The notes beneath the pieces were generated by a model, which was given only the letters and a program-made list of their open reading frames with translations, was not told the origin of the DNA and ran no database searches. A stretch of DNA of 64,000 bases. Origin: Nitrospirota bacterium. Its GTDB lineage: Bacteria; Nitrospirota; Nitrospiria; Nitrospirales; NS-4. How positions within the stretch are numbered: position 1 is the first letter of the stretch; the number at the start of each line of letters is the position of its first letter. A program made the position numbers and the translations under genes. Shown piece by piece: positions 10,803 through 21,544 of the stretch. The DNA lies in NCBI GenBank assembly GCA_963788195.1, contig CAWBGA010000001.1, positions 320,001-384,000 on the forward strand, written 5' to 3'.

Positions 10803-11006
10803 GTGGCATACGTGTTACACACTGCCCAGTCGATCGAACGGGCGACCCTGCATCGGGATCGGTGCCCGGAAGTTCCGGAGAATATCCAGTATCATGATCT
10901 GTGGACCGGCACATGGCAGGAAATCACGGATAAAGAACGAGCATATGAAGCGCTCGAGCTGAGCTTGGCGAAGTTTAAAAAGAAGTGTGTTCTCTGCAAA
11001 CCGTGA
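10803..11006 (+). CDS. Small hypothetical protein (HxxxC ... CxxC)
   Basis: AAGGAG RBS at 10791 before GTG 10803; plausible metal-binding residues. Confidence 0.55.
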   Translation: MAYVLHTAQSIERATLHRDRCPEVPENIQYHDLWTGTWQEITDKERAYEALELSLAKFKKKCVLCKP

Positions 11007-11051
11007 CCGTAATTCCACAACGGATATGAATGACAAAACTGTGAGGCGAGT

Positions 11052-11237
11052 ATGAAAGAAAAGCGTATGGTGCATTTCGTGCGGGGCACCTTCGTATGCC
11101 CCCAGTGCCGTCAGACCTATGTGCAGGAAAAATGGATCGAGGAATGGCGCGTCCGCTGCCATAAATGCGAGTACCGCGGAGGGCTCACTCACGTCTCGGT
11201 TGAGGAGCAGCTTGATGAAGACGTCCGCCGGTATTGA
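11052..11237 (+). CDS. Small zinc-ribbon protein
   Basis: CPQC and CHKC pairs; GAGG RBS. Confidence 0.65.
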   Translation: MKEKRMVHFVRGTFVCPQCRQTYVQEKWIEEWRVRCHKCEYRGGLTHVSVEEQLDEDVRRY

Positions 11238-11262
11238 TGGGAGGCCTGCCAAGGATTCTAGG

Positions 11263-11874
11263 GTGATTGATCAGCCCAGGGTTTATGTCCCCTGCCTTGT
11301 ACTCCTGACAGTCCTATTGCTCCCGGGGGGATTCTGCGCCGCCCAGGAGCAGGGGCCTCGGGTGACTGTACTGATAGCCTATTACTCAGTGTCAGGGCAT
11401 ACCGAGAAGATGGCCGAGGAAGTGGTTCAAGGCGCAAAGTCAGTCTCCGGAACGCGGGTTGTGTTAAAGCGGGTGGGAGACGTCACGGGCCCCGACCTCT
11501 TCTCATCGGATGCGCTCATCGTCGGCTCGCCGGTCTACTGGGCAAATATGGCCGGGGAGGTCAAGACCTTCTTCGATAACTGGCAATTGAAGTTCGGCGT
11601 CTTTCCCGAATTCAAGATGCGAAACAAGGTCGGGGCGGCGTTTGCCACGGGCGGGCAGGTTTCGAGCGGCAAGGAGCTGACCATGCTGACCATTCTCGCG
11701 GCCATGCTCGGCAATCAGATGATCGTCGTGAGCGGGGGCGGCGCTTTTGGCGCCAGCGCCACGACGGAAGGAGATTCGCCGGGCCTGGATGAAAAAGAGC
11801 TCAGTGCGGCTCGAGCGATGGGAAAACGCGTGGCCGAAGTAGCGAAGATCATCAAAGCGGGGTCAGCAAAGTAA
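11263..11874 (+). CDS. Flavodoxin-like NAD(P)H-dependent oxidoreductase (WrbA-like) with signal peptide
   Basis: YYSVSGHTEKMA, VGSPVYW, KVGAAFATGG; start uncertain. Confidence 0.8.
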   Translation: MIDQPRVYVPCLVLLTVLLLPGGFCAAQEQGPRVTVLIAYYSVSGHTEKMAEEVVQGAKSVSGTRVVLKRVGDVTGPDLFSSDALIVGSPVYWANMAGEVKTFFDNWQLKFGVFPEFKMRNKVGAAFATGGQVSSGKELTMLTILAAMLGNQMIVVSGGGAFGASATTEGDSPGLDEKELSAARAMGKRVAEVAKIIKAGSAK

Positions 11875-11949
11875 GCTTTCTATCTCCCTTCAGATCGGGA
11901 CATTGTAGTAATCCCACGTTAGCATACGTACATACATTGGATGTATGTC

Positions 11950-12138
11950 ATGAAAAGAACGACCATATTCGGTGACGAAGCTGTCCTGAAGATCCTGCGC
12001 GAGCTGGCGCATCGGCAAAAGACCAGTCTGTCGGCACTTATTCGCACCGCTCTTGAGGAATACGCCGGAAAGCATCATGGAACGCCGAATGTGCTTACCT
12101 TTTTCGCGGTCCGTGAGGGCCGAACCAGAGAGAGGTGA
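11950..12138 (+). CDS. CopG/ribbon-helix-helix antitoxin-like protein (orphan)
   Basis: MKRTTIF...LRELAHRQKTSLSALIRTALEEY RHH pattern; ACATACA/TGTATGT inverted repeat just upstream. Confidence 0.65.
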   Translation: MKRTTIFGDEAVLKILRELAHRQKTSLSALIRTALEEYAGKHHGTPNVLTFFAVREGRTRER

Positions 12139-12225
12139 AAGTGGACTTCACTGATCCGCCCTCGTCACTGCGCGAGTTTTGTATTGAAACCTTAAAAGGG
12201 TCGAGCTGCTATTGAGGCCTGAATT

Positions 12226-13053
12226 GTGGCGATTTACGCAATCGGCGATATCCAAGGTTGTTTCTCAGCCCTCGAGAATCTCATAGGCCAGATTCGGTTC
12301 GACCCGACAAAGGATACACTGTGGTTTGTCGGCGACTTGGTGAACCGGGGGCCGGACTCGCTTGCCGTGCTGCGATGGGTCAAAGCGCTCGGCCTCTCCG
12401 CGATCGTCGTGCTAGGCAATCACGATCTGCATCTTCTCGCAGCCGCCGAAGGGCTCCGGCCCGTTCGCAAAGGACGATACATTCCAAGATGTGCTTGCAG
12501 CGCCGGATCGAGAGGAGCTGCTCAATTGGCTTCGGCACCAGCCGCTTCCTCTATCGCGAAGAAGATTCGTTCTTGTTCACGCCGGCCTATTGCCTGCAAT
12601 GGACAGTGGACGGAGGCAGCAGACGCTGGCGCAGAGAGGTCGAGCGGCGTCTTCCGGTCTCCCGACTATAAGACCCTGCTTCAACAGATGTACGGCTCTA
12701 GTCCGGCCCAATGGTCCCCCGATTTGACCGGCATGGTGACGTTACAGGGTGATTATCAATGCGCTTACCCGTCTGCGCTTCTGTACCCCCGAAGGGCAGA
12801 TGGACTTAAAACAAACCGGCCCGCCCGAGACCGCCCCTCGAGGGTTTTTCGCCATGGTTCGCACTGCCGAACAGGAAGAAGCAGTGAAGCTGTGATTGTC
12901 AGCGGCCACTGGGCGGCCTTAGGGCTTCGTGTGGCGGACAATTTGCTTGCCCTGGATAGCGGTTGCGTCTGGGGCGGGTCTCTGACGGCGGTGCGGCTGG
13001 AGGACCGCAAGGTCTATCAAGTCGCTTGCGGAAGGCGAGTAAAGCGCCATTAG
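12226..13053 (+). CDS. apaH: Symmetrical bis(5'-nucleosyl)-tetraphosphatase, frameshifted
   Basis: IGDIQGC, VGDLVNRGPDS, GNHDLHLL; VHAG in another frame; GHWAALG, LDSGCVWG. Confidence 0.9.
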   Translation: MAIYAIGDIQGCFSALENLIGQIRFDPTKDTLWFVGDLVNRGPDSLAVLRWVKALGLSAIVVLGNHDLHLLAAAEGLRPVRKGRYIPRCACSAGSRGAAQLASAPAASSIAKKIRSCSRRPIACNGQWTEAADAGAERSSGVFRSPDYKTLLQQMYGSSPAQWSPDLTGMVTLQGDYQCAYPSALLYPRRADGLKTNRPARDRPSRVFRHGSHCRTGRSSEAVIVSGHWAALGLRVADNLLALDSGCVWGGSLTAVRLEDRKVYQVACGRRVKRH

Positions 13054-13363
13054 ATCAGCGTCTGCCGGATCGCCTCCAGCTTCTTCGTGACCTGCATGTC
13101 GCCGTTCTTCAGGGACACGGCGTGGCCTTGCTCAAGGAACTCCTTCGCGCGATCCACTGGCCGATCTTCACCAACGATTCAACCAGCGCCAGGTACGCCG
13201 CCGAGTAGGATGGTTTGACCGTCACGCATTTCTCGAGATATTCGGCCGCTTCCGCATACTGGCCTTCTTCCATCAGCGACTTTCCTAACCCGAAATACGC
13301 CACGTCATCATTCGGATCGATCTTAAGCAGTTTTTTGAGGGCCTCAATGCGGGGATTTGCCAT
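13050..13363 (-). CDS. Small TPR protein, frameshifted
   Basis: DPNDDVAYFGLGKSL, PSYSAAYLAL; C-terminus continues in another frame to a TAA at 13050. Confidence 0.75.
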
Positions 13364-13386
13364 GACCGTTCACTCGATATGCCGGC

Positions 13387-13477
13387 CGTTGCGTCCTGAG
13401 CCCTTCGATATGCCGATCGTCCCTTTCGAAGAGCCTCATGAAGAACGGTTGGCATATCGAAGGGCTCACCACGAACG
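13387..13477. repeat. REP-like long palindrome of the same family as the IS110 target
   Basis: Perfect 18-bp inverted repeat TGAGCCCTTCGATATGCC (13397-13414 / 13451-13468) with outer CGTT..CGT / ACGAACG arms. Confidence 0.8.
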
Positions 13478-13542
13478 AGGAACGACTTTATCATCCGTTA
13501 GCTGCCTTGTCTACGTGAAACACCGTGTGCTAGATTTTACTC

Positions 13543-14499
13543 ATGGGGCACACGGGCTTCGTCTATCATCCTGATTATCTTAATCACGATATGGGAACCT
13601 ACCATCCGGAGTCGCCCGATCGCCTGCGGGCAATTCTGGCAAGGCTGGAAGCTCTGGGACTATGCCTCAGTTGGTCCGGCTTGAGCCGGACTCTCCCGAC
13701 AAAGAGTGGGTCGCAAGCTGGATCACAAAGGTGCATGCGCCCGCCTATCTCAAGGAGCTCCAGAAATTGTCACCCGCAGGGGGCCGGGTGGATCTTGATG
13801 CGGATACATCGATCTCCTCCGGCTCATTGAACGCCGCGTGTGTGGCGGTGGCGGGCGCCCTGACCGCCGCCGACGCCATCATGGAAGGCAGGGTCCAGAA
13901 TGCCTTTTGTGCCGTCCGTCCCCCTGGTCATCATGCGGAATCCAAACATGCGATGGGGTTTTGTCTCTTCAATAACGTCGCGATCACCGCCCGGTATCTG
14001 CAACAGCGGCACGGTTTGGAGCGGGTGGCCATTGTTGATTGGGATGTGCATCATGGCAACGGCACCCAGCACACCTTCTACGAAGATCCGTCGGTGTTTT
14101 TCTTCAGTACACACCAATATCCCTTTTATCCTGGCACCGGCAAGGCGGATGAAACGGGCAGCGGACGAGGGACGGGCTACACCAAGAATGTTCCGCTTCC
14201 GGCGGGAATGGGTGATATCGAATATCTGGAGATCTTCAACTCCGTTCTTCGCCCAGCACTGAAAGCCTACCGTCCCGACGTCGTGATCGTGTCGGCGGGA
14301 TTCGACGCGCATCGGGACGACCCCCTGGCCGGCATGAATGTGACTGACCGATGGCTATGCGGCACTGACACGTGTGGTGACAGAGATTGCGGGCGAATTC
14401 TGCCAAGGCCGCCTGCTTTCGTGTCTGGAAGGTGGCTACAATCTGAATGCGCTTGGAGCCTCCGTCGAAGGCCACCTGCGTGTCATGGGCAAGGCATGA
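13543..14499 (+). CDS. Histone-deacetylase-family Zn amidohydrolase, frameshifted
   Basis: HPESPDRL, RPPGHHA, GFCLFNN, DWDVHHGNGTQ, SAGFDAH, LEGGY spread across frames. Confidence 0.9.
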
Positions 14500-15806
14500 G
14501 CAGTGAGCCGCTCGACGGGCGGGCGCTGGAAGGTCTCTCGCGCCTTGGAATGGACGGCGCTCGGCGTTGTTCTTCTGATCGCGGGGGTTGTCTATATTTT
14601 TTACAACGAGCTTCGACCCAAAGTGATCTTCGGATTGCGGGAAGACTTTGCGCATGCGATTCCTTTTCAAAAGGTTCCTGCCGGAATTCCAAGTCTTAAG
14701 GCCGAAGACTGTGGCGCCTGTCATCGGGAGATCTATGAAGAATGGAAGAGCTCGTATCATGCGAAGGCATACCAAGACCCATTCTTTCGAGCCTATTGGA
14801 AGAAGGACGGTGAAGTCTGGATCTGTCTGAACTGCCATACTCCCTTGGAAAACCAGCAGCCCGAACTGATCCGCGAGATTCCCCGCAATCGGGTGGAGAA
14901 GGCAGTGAAGGTGCCGAACCCGGACTTCGATGCCGACTTCCAACAGGAAGGGATCACCTGCGCCGCCTGCCATGTCCGAGACGGCGTGATCTACGGCCCT
15001 TTCGATGACTCGGTGGCGCCGCATCCTACCCAATTCGACCCCAAGTTCCGGACGACGGAGGTATGCTACCGGTGCCATCAAGTGCCGAAAGGCCCGTTTC
15101 AGTTCTATAACGTCGGCCCGTGCGGCACCTTTCCTGAGTACGAGGACACATACTTTACACAGCAGCGGGGGATGATCTGCCAAAGTTGTCACATGCCGGA
15201 GGTAGAACGGCCGATGGCCGATGGCGGACCGATTCGCCAGGGCCGGCGACACTTGTGGCGTGGCGGGCACGATCCGGAGCAGATCAAGAGCGCCTTGGCC
15301 GTGCAGTTGACGGTCGAATCCAGCCCGGCATTCGGGCGGGCAAAGACGCGACGTTTACGCTCACGCTGATCAATGCCGGCGCCGGTCACAAGCTTCCCAC
15401 GGGGGACCCCGACCGCTACTTCACGGTTGAGTTTCGGATCTTGGATAAAAATGGCCGTCTTTTGAAGCAGCAACGGAATACGATGGGTCGCTGGATCATG
15501 TGGCAACCGGTCATTTTGGAGCTTTATGATAATCGGCTGCCACCCCTGGCCAGCCGAGACTATCGCTTTCGTTATGGCCTGCCCGATGCGCTAGAGGGCC
15601 TGCAATTACAGGCGGAGGTGCGCTATCATATCGTGACTGAGCGCGCGTACCACACATTGAAGACCAAGTATGGCCTGCAAGGGGACCATCCGTACTGGTA
15701 TACGATCTACGAACGAACCCTGCCGCTTTCGGAACCATTGTCCGCAGAGGTCATTCCCCTGGGAGCCTCCAAGCCGGCAGCGACGTCATGCGTCAAGAAG
15801 GGATAA
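14496..15806 (+). CDS. Membrane-anchored multiheme cytochrome c (5 CxxCH), frameshifted
   Basis: CGACH, CLNCH, CAACH, CYRCH, CQSCH; AGHKLPTGDP C-terminal domain in another frame. Confidence 0.85.
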
Positions 15807-15834
15807 GGACCGACACTGTTTAGGAGAGATCATC

Positions 15835-16716
15835 ATGCAGCCGATGTTAATTACGACGGACGAATTGGACGGCATTCTCGATCGCGACGATGTCGTCGTC
15901 GTGGATGTCCGATCCAAGATGGCTTTTCTCGAGAGCGGCCATATTTCGGGGGCGGTCGCCGCCACCTGGCACGACTTCAGCGATCCAGCTTCGGGGATCA
16001 AAGGGTTATTGGACCCGGACCTAGGCCGGCTTGAAAAGAAGTTAGGAGCGCTTGGTATCAGCCGGGAGCGACAGGTCATCGTGTATTCGAATCCCTTTGA
16101 TAATTGGGGAGACGAAGGACGGATGTACTGGATGCTGACCTATCTCGGGCATCCGAATGTGCGGGTGCTTGACGGTGGCTGGATAAAATGGTCGGCGGAA
16201 ATGCGACGCTTTGAGTGCGGCCCCGCAAAGCCACGCTCCACGGTCTTCAAGGCTCAGGTGAACCCGTTGTTAATGACGGTGAAGGCCGAATTGCGCGCGA
16301 TAGTCGGGGCGCCTCATCCGGAAACGGTTCTGGCGGACGCTCGCACACCTGAGGAATATAACGGTTCCGTCCAACAAGGCATCTCGCGTGGCGGCCATAT
16401 CCCGTCGGCGGTAAACGTGCCCTGGAATCAGTTCTTCAACCCTGATGGGACCGTGAAGCCGGTCGGACAGATTCATGCCATTCTGGAGAAGGAAGGACTC
16501 TCCCCGGAAAAAGAGGTGATCTGCTACTGCACGGGAGGGGTTCGATCGGCCTGGCTGTATTTTATCCTGAAGCTCGCCGGCTATGACCGCGTGAAGAACT
16601 ATCCGGGTTCCTGGTGGGAATGGGGCAATGATTTTCTCCTGCCCGTGGTGAATCTCAAGGAACAGGCGCGCCCGAAACTGGATTCCACCCCGCCGAAGTC
16701 CACCGCCACGCACTAA
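15835..16716 (+). CDS. Double-domain sulfurtransferase (SseA/rhodanese)
   Basis: GHISGA, LDGG, GGHIPSA, YCTGGVRS, YPGSWWEW. Confidence 0.9.
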   Translation: MQPMLITTDELDGILDRDDVVVVDVRSKMAFLESGHISGAVAATWHDFSDPASGIKGLLDPDLGRLEKKLGALGISRERQVIVYSNPFDNWGDEGRMYWMLTYLGHPNVRVLDGGWIKWSAEMRRFECGPAKPRSTVFKAQVNPLLMTVKAELRAIVGAPHPETVLADARTPEEYNGSVQQGISRGGHIPSAVNVPWNQFFNPDGTVKPVGQIHAILEKEGLSPEKEVICYCTGGVRSAWLYFILKLAGYDRVKNYPGSWWEWGNDFLLPVVNLKEQARPKLDSTPPKSTATH

Positions 16717-16728
16717 TCCAGAGCCTCG

Positions 16729-18462
16729 ATGCAATTCCGCCATCTCGCTGAGGTCTTCGAGCATCTTGAGGGCACTGCAAAACGGCTCGAGATGTTCGAA
16801 ATCCTCGCAGAACTCTTTCGAAACGCCGGCCCCGAGGACATCGCGCCCATCATCTACATGAGCCAGGGTCGCCTGTTGGCGGCGTTTCAGGGACTCGAAA
16901 TGGGAATGTCCGATAAGCTGCTGATGCGGGCTCTCGTGGAAGCCACAGGGCGTTCTCCGGAAGAGATGCTGGCGCATTACAAACTCAGCGGAGATCTCGG
17001 AACCACGGCCGAGAGTCTCCTGAAGGACCACGTGGGTAAAGGCTTGACTGTCCCGCAGGTCTATGAAGAGCTCCTGCGAATCGCGCGGACGAGCGGAGAG
17101 GGGTCGGTTGAGAAGAAACGCTCCAACCTTGCCGAACTTTTGGCGGCAGCTTCTCCCAAGGAGGCCAAGTACATTGCGCGGTTCGTCGTCGGCCGCCTGC
17201 GTTTGGGAGTCGGGGATGCGACCGTGCTGGAGGCGTTGGCTCTCGCGAAGCTCGGCGACCGGAAGCTGAAAGCAGACTTGGAGCGCGCATACAACCTCTG
17301 CTCGGATCTCGGCCGCGTCGGTGAGGTCGTGAGCGAACGCGGGCGCGATGCAATCACCGCCATTCGCGTGCAGGTCGGATACCCCATCCGCATGGCGTTG
17401 TGCGAGCGGGTGGCGCAACCGGAAGACATCATCCAGAAGATCGGGCGATGCGCCGTGGAGCCGAAATTGGACGGTTTTCGTTGCCAGATCCATAAAGACG
17501 GTGAAGCCGTCGAGATCTTCTCCCGAAACCTGGAGCGCACCACCGCTATGTTTCCGGACATCGCCGACGCCGTCAGACGTCAGATCCGGGCCAAGAATGC
17601 GATTTTCGAAGGGGAAGCGCTTGCGTTCGACGAAGGCACCGGTGAGCTGTTGTCCTTTCAAACGACGATTCAGCGGAAACGCAAACATGGCATTGCCGAT
17701 CACGCCAAGGAGTTTCCGCTGAAGCTGTTCGGCTTCGACCTGCTGTACGTGGATGGCGAGGATTACACTCCGCGACCCTATTGGGAGCGGCGCAAAGAAT
17801 TAATCGCGCGCATCTCCGAAGGATCAATCATCGAACCGGCTGAGGCGGAGGAGGTGGAGGATCCCAAGCGAATGCGCATCATCTTCGAAGGAGCGATCGC
17901 GCGAGGGCTTGAAGGAATTGTGGCGAAACGGCTGGATTCGCCCTACACGGCGGGATCCCGAAATTTTAACTGGATCAAACTTAAACGCAGCTATAAGGGC
18001 GAGCTATCGGATACCGTGGATCTCTGCATCGTGGGGTACTTCCGCGGCGGCGGCAAGCGGGCGCGATTCGGGATAGGCACGGTCCTCGCCGCGGTCTATG
18101 ACGCCGGGGCAGACGTCTTCAAGACCATCTCCAAGGTCGGCACGGGTTTCTCGGATGAAGAATGGGTCCAGTTGCGGGAGCGACTCGATCCCATCGCCGT
18201 CGAACATCGACCCGCCCGTGTGGATTCAAAGATGATTCCCGACGTCTGGGTGCAGCCGTCCTTGGTCATTACCGTCGCCGCGGATGAAATCACCCGCAGC
18301 CCGTTGCACACATGTGGCGCGGATGCGCAGGGCATCGGGTATGCGTTACGATTCCCACGCGTTCAGGGATTTCTCAGAGAGGACAAACGCGCGGAGGATG
18401 CCAATACGGTCCACGACATCATTGAGCTCTATGATCTTCAAAAGCGGGTGCAGTTGAAATAG
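16729..18462 (+). CDS. lig: ATP-dependent DNA ligase (archaeal/eukaryotic LigI-like architecture)
   Basis: EPKLDGFR motif I, EGIVAK, WIKLK, LRFPR; N-terminal DNA-binding domain. Confidence 0.9.
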   Translation: MQFRHLAEVFEHLEGTAKRLEMFEILAELFRNAGPEDIAPIIYMSQGRLLAAFQGLEMGMSDKLLMRALVEATGRSPEEMLAHYKLSGDLGTTAESLLKDHVGKGLTVPQVYEELLRIARTSGEGSVEKKRSNLAELLAAASPKEAKYIARFVVGRLRLGVGDATVLEALALAKLGDRKLKADLERAYNLCSDLGRVGEVVSERGRDAITAIRVQVGYPIRMALCERVAQPEDIIQKIGRCAVEPKLDGFRCQIHKDGEAVEIFSRNLERTTAMFPDIADAVRRQIRAKNAIFEGEALAFDEGTGELLSFQTTIQRKRKHGIADHAKEFPLKLFGFDLLYVDGEDYTPRPYWERRKELIARISEGSIIEPAEAEEVEDPKRMRIIFEGAIARGLEGIVAKRLDSPYTAGSRNFNWIKLKRSYKGELSDTVDLCIVGYFRGGGKRARFGIGTVLAAVYDAGADVFKTISKVGTGFSDEEWVQLRERLDPIAVEHRPARVDSKMIPDVWVQPSLVITVAADEITRSPLHTCGADAQGIGYALRFPRVQGFLREDKRAEDANTVHDIIELYDLQKRVQLK

Positions 18463-18572
18463 GATAGACGAAGTGAGATATCGGCGACGCATCTTGACAC
18501 CTTGGAAACCCTATGTTAACCGTAAAGTCGGCGTGTAAAAGCGCCAATATTGCGAAACCAGGAGGAGAACTC

Positions 18573-18900
18573 ATGCGCAAGCTGGCAAGTATGGCATTAA
18601 TCATCGGCGCGTTATCGTTCGTGACAAACGGGCTGACGTGGGCTGCAAAATCGCCAGCCGCCGAGGCGGTCGAGCACACGAAGGAAGCGATCGATCACGG
18701 TAAGCAAGGACATGCCGATGTGCTGACCAAACACGCGGAAGCAGCCTTGAAGGCAGCTAAGAAGGCCGACAAGAATGCCCATGTGGATGAAGGCATCAAG
18801 CATCTGGAAGGCGCAGTTGCCTCGGGCAAAAAAGGGGATGCTCGCGGGCGGGACCAAACACGCCGAGGAGGCATTGATGCATTTGTCAGAGGTCAAGTAA
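18573..18900 (+). CDS. smbP: Small metal-binding protein SmbP, frameshifted near C-terminus
   Basis: Signal peptide, periodic His helices (EAVEHTKEAIDHGKQGHADVLTKHAEAAL); GGAGG RBS. Confidence 0.8.
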
Positions 18901-18926
18901 CCGAGCCTCTTGTGGCGTGATAGCGG

Positions 18927-18963
18927 AACGGGCAGGGAGGCGATGTTCCTGCCCGTTTTTTTT
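18927..18963 (+). terminator. Rho-independent terminator
   Basis: AACGGGCAGG...CCTGCCCGTT stem followed by a T tract. Confidence 0.8.
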
Positions 18964-19060
18964 CGGATATATCTCGGGAATCAGCAACTTCCCTCGCTCC
19001 GGTGTGTGGGGACCGGAGAAGGTCTGGATAAGAGGTACGGGACAACGGGATGAACACTAG

Positions 19061-19852
19061 ATGAGAGTCGGCTACCTTCAATTTAATCCAACCTTCGGGG
19101 AGACCAAACGGAACCTGGATTTTGTCGCTGATCACGTCCGGCGGGCGGAGTGTGATCTGCTGGTCTTGCCGGAGTTATTCACCACCGGCTATCAGTTCAT
19201 CTCTGAACAGGAGGCCGCGTCCCTGGCGGAAGACATCCCGGCCGGGCCTACGACAGAGCGTCTCTTGAATCTCGCCGCAACCTATCGGATGCATATCGTG
19301 GCCGGCCTTGCGGAGCGTGCACAGGGCCGGATCTACAACTCCGCGATCCTGGTCGGCCCATCCGGCGTGCTCGGCGTGTATCGGAAGATCCATCTCTATG
19401 CCGAAGAGAATCTTTGGTTTACACCCGGCGACAAGGGCTTCCCCGTGTACGACATCGGTTCGGCGCGCATCGGCCTGATGGTCTGCTTTGACTGGTTCTA
19501 TCCGGAGTCTGTGCGGACGTTGGCGCTCAAGGGCGCCGACATTGTCGCGCATCCGTCAAACCTTGTGCTACCGCACTGCCCGGACGCGATGATCACCCGT
19601 TGCCTGGAAAACCGAGTGTTCGCCGTCACTTGCAATCGGATTGGATCAGAGGAACGGGGCGGGAAGGAGAAGCTCAGCTTCATCGGCACGAGCGAGATCG
19701 TCAGTCCCACGGGGAAGATCCTCAAGCGGGCGAGGAGATGCCAGGTGGAGCTTGGAGTCGTAGACATCGATCCCACCGAAGCGCGCGACAAGAAGATCAA
19801 TTCCTACAATGACCTCCTGGCCGGCCGTCGACCCGCGCACTATTCCTCATAG
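19061..19852 (+). CDS. Carbon-nitrogen hydrolase (nitrilase family)
   Basis: LPEL, YRKIHL and VCFD Glu-Lys-Cys triad motifs. Confidence 0.9.
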   Translation: MRVGYLQFNPTFGETKRNLDFVADHVRRAECDLLVLPELFTTGYQFISEQEAASLAEDIPAGPTTERLLNLAATYRMHIVAGLAERAQGRIYNSAILVGPSGVLGVYRKIHLYAEENLWFTPGDKGFPVYDIGSARIGLMVCFDWFYPESVRTLALKGADIVAHPSNLVLPHCPDAMITRCLENRVFAVTCNRIGSEERGGKEKLSFIGTSEIVSPTGKILKRARRCQVELGVVDIDPTEARDKKINSYNDLLAGRRPAHYSS

Positions 19853-19866
19853 CCGTCTCACGCACG

Positions 19867-20799
19867 GTGGCCTCACCAATCTCCACCGTCTCAGATCAGC
19901 GTTCGAGCCAACTTGCTTTGCCGGCTGCCTATTTCGCGCTGACAACTGCGGCAATGGTGTGGGGTGGCTCCATCGTGCTCCAAAAGTTCGCGCTGCGCTA
20001 CTTTTCTCCGATCGAAGTCTCCGTTCTGCGTGGAGCGGGGGCGCTGTTGATTCTGGTGCCGCTGTGGTGGTGGCAAGAGAGGCGAGCCGTCAGGTTCACG
20101 GCTCGGGACGCAGGGGTGTTAGCCGCGCTGTCCCTGGGAGTGCTCGGAAACCATATCCTGACGCTATTGGGGCTTCGCTACATTGGCGCCGGGGCCGCGG
20201 GCATCATTATTGGAGCGTGCCCGGTGATCACGGCCCTCCTGTCGTCTCTTTTCATTCGCGACGTCCCGTTGCGTTCGGTGATCGGAGGTTGCGCGGTTTC
20301 ATTTGCCGGCGTGGCACTGATCGCCGGCGCTGAGCAAACAAATGTCGGAAGCGCCCCATGGCTGGGGGGCATGTTAATTCTGATGGGGCTCTGTGAGCTG
20401 GGCGCTTTACACTATTGGAAGCCGGCGTCTCATGGAGCGCTTCTCCCCGCTGACGGTCAACTGGACGACATTGGCGTTCTCGCTCATCCCGCAGCTGGCT
20501 TTGTTGGGTCTGGATCAAAAGGCGCAGGTATACGGCTTCGACAGCGTCCCGGTTTCCGGGTGGTTGGCGCTTTGTCTATCTGATGCTGTTCGCGACGGCG
20601 CTCGGTCAACAAGCCTGGCTGTATGGCGTGAAGGGTGTCGGGACCATCCCGAGCCGGCGTCTTTGTAAATTTGATTCCCGTGTCGGCGCTTGCTCTGTCC
20701 GCACTGATCCTCAGCGAACCGCTCGGAGCACGGGAAATCACGGGCATCGGACTGATTCTTGCCGGCGTGTGGTTAGTAAATTATCAGTCCCGGAGATAA
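19867..20799 (+). CDS. DMT/EamA family transporter, frameshifted
   Basis: Hydrophobic helices and EamA repeats across frames; TAA abuts the cobB start. Confidence 0.8.
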
Positions 20800-21519
20800 A
20801 TGTTGACGGCATTGCATGAAGTGAGGGACCGGTTGCAGCGCGCTCGCGCGGTAGTCGTGCTGACCGGCGCGGGTATTTCTGCCGACAGTGGGGTGCCGAC
20901 ATTCCGTGGGCAGGACGGCCTGTGGCGGAATTTCCGGGCCGAGGACCTTGCCACGCCAGAGGCGTTTTCCAGAGACCCGCGGACGGTCTGGGAGTGGTAC
21001 GACTGGCGCCGCGGCCTTCTTGCCACGAAACACCCGAACCCGGCGCATTACGCATTGGCAGAACTCGAAGGCCGTTATGAGCGGTTTGCGTTGATCACTC
21101 AGAACGTGGACGGCCTACATGCTCTGGCCGGATCGAAGGCGTTGGTGGAACTGCACGGCAATATCTGGAAGGTCCGATGCACGGAGTGTGGTCAGGTGCG
21201 TATGAACCGCGAGGTGCCCATCACCCTGCTTCCGTTGTGCCTGGAGTGTGCTGGGTTATTGAGGCCTCATATCGTCTGGTTCGGCGAGTCGCTGAATCCC
21301 GACGATCTCGCGCAGAGCCAAGCTGCGTTATTGCGTTGCGATCTGCTGCTGATCGTCGGGACTTCCGGTGTGGTGTATCCAGCCGCGTCATTTGCTTCGG
21401 TTGCGAGCGCTGCCGGCGCCTTTGTGGTTGAGGTCAATCTTGATCCCAAACCCCACACCCCACAGGTTGATGTCTCTCTCCAGGGCCGGGCAAAAGACCT
21501 GATTCCGCAGCTGTTATGA
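20800..21519 (+). CDS. cobB: NAD-dependent protein deacylase (sirtuin)
   Basis: GAGISADSGVPTFR, TQNVDGLH, HG, CxxC..CxxC, GTSG. Confidence 0.92.
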   Translation: MLTALHEVRDRLQRARAVVVLTGAGISADSGVPTFRGQDGLWRNFRAEDLATPEAFSRDPRTVWEWYDWRRGLLATKHPNPAHYALAELEGRYERFALITQNVDGLHALAGSKALVELHGNIWKVRCTECGQVRMNREVPITLLPLCLECAGLLRPHIVWFGESLNPDDLAQSQAALLRCDLLLIVGTSGVVYPAASFASVASAAGAFVVEVNLDPKPHTPQVDVSLQGRAKDLIPQLL

Positions 21520-21544
21520 ATGACGGGAGATCACATGCGTCGTT

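Noticed and set aside
14236..14699. Extended HDAC C-terminus to 14699
   Set aside because: Out-of-frame read-through; the true LEGGY-containing end lies in another frame and stops at 14499.
16270..17703. 477-aa antisense ORF, and similar long antisense ORFs over tldD, malic enzyme and UPF0182
   Set aside because: Typical shadow frames of GC-rich genes, with no recognisable motifs.
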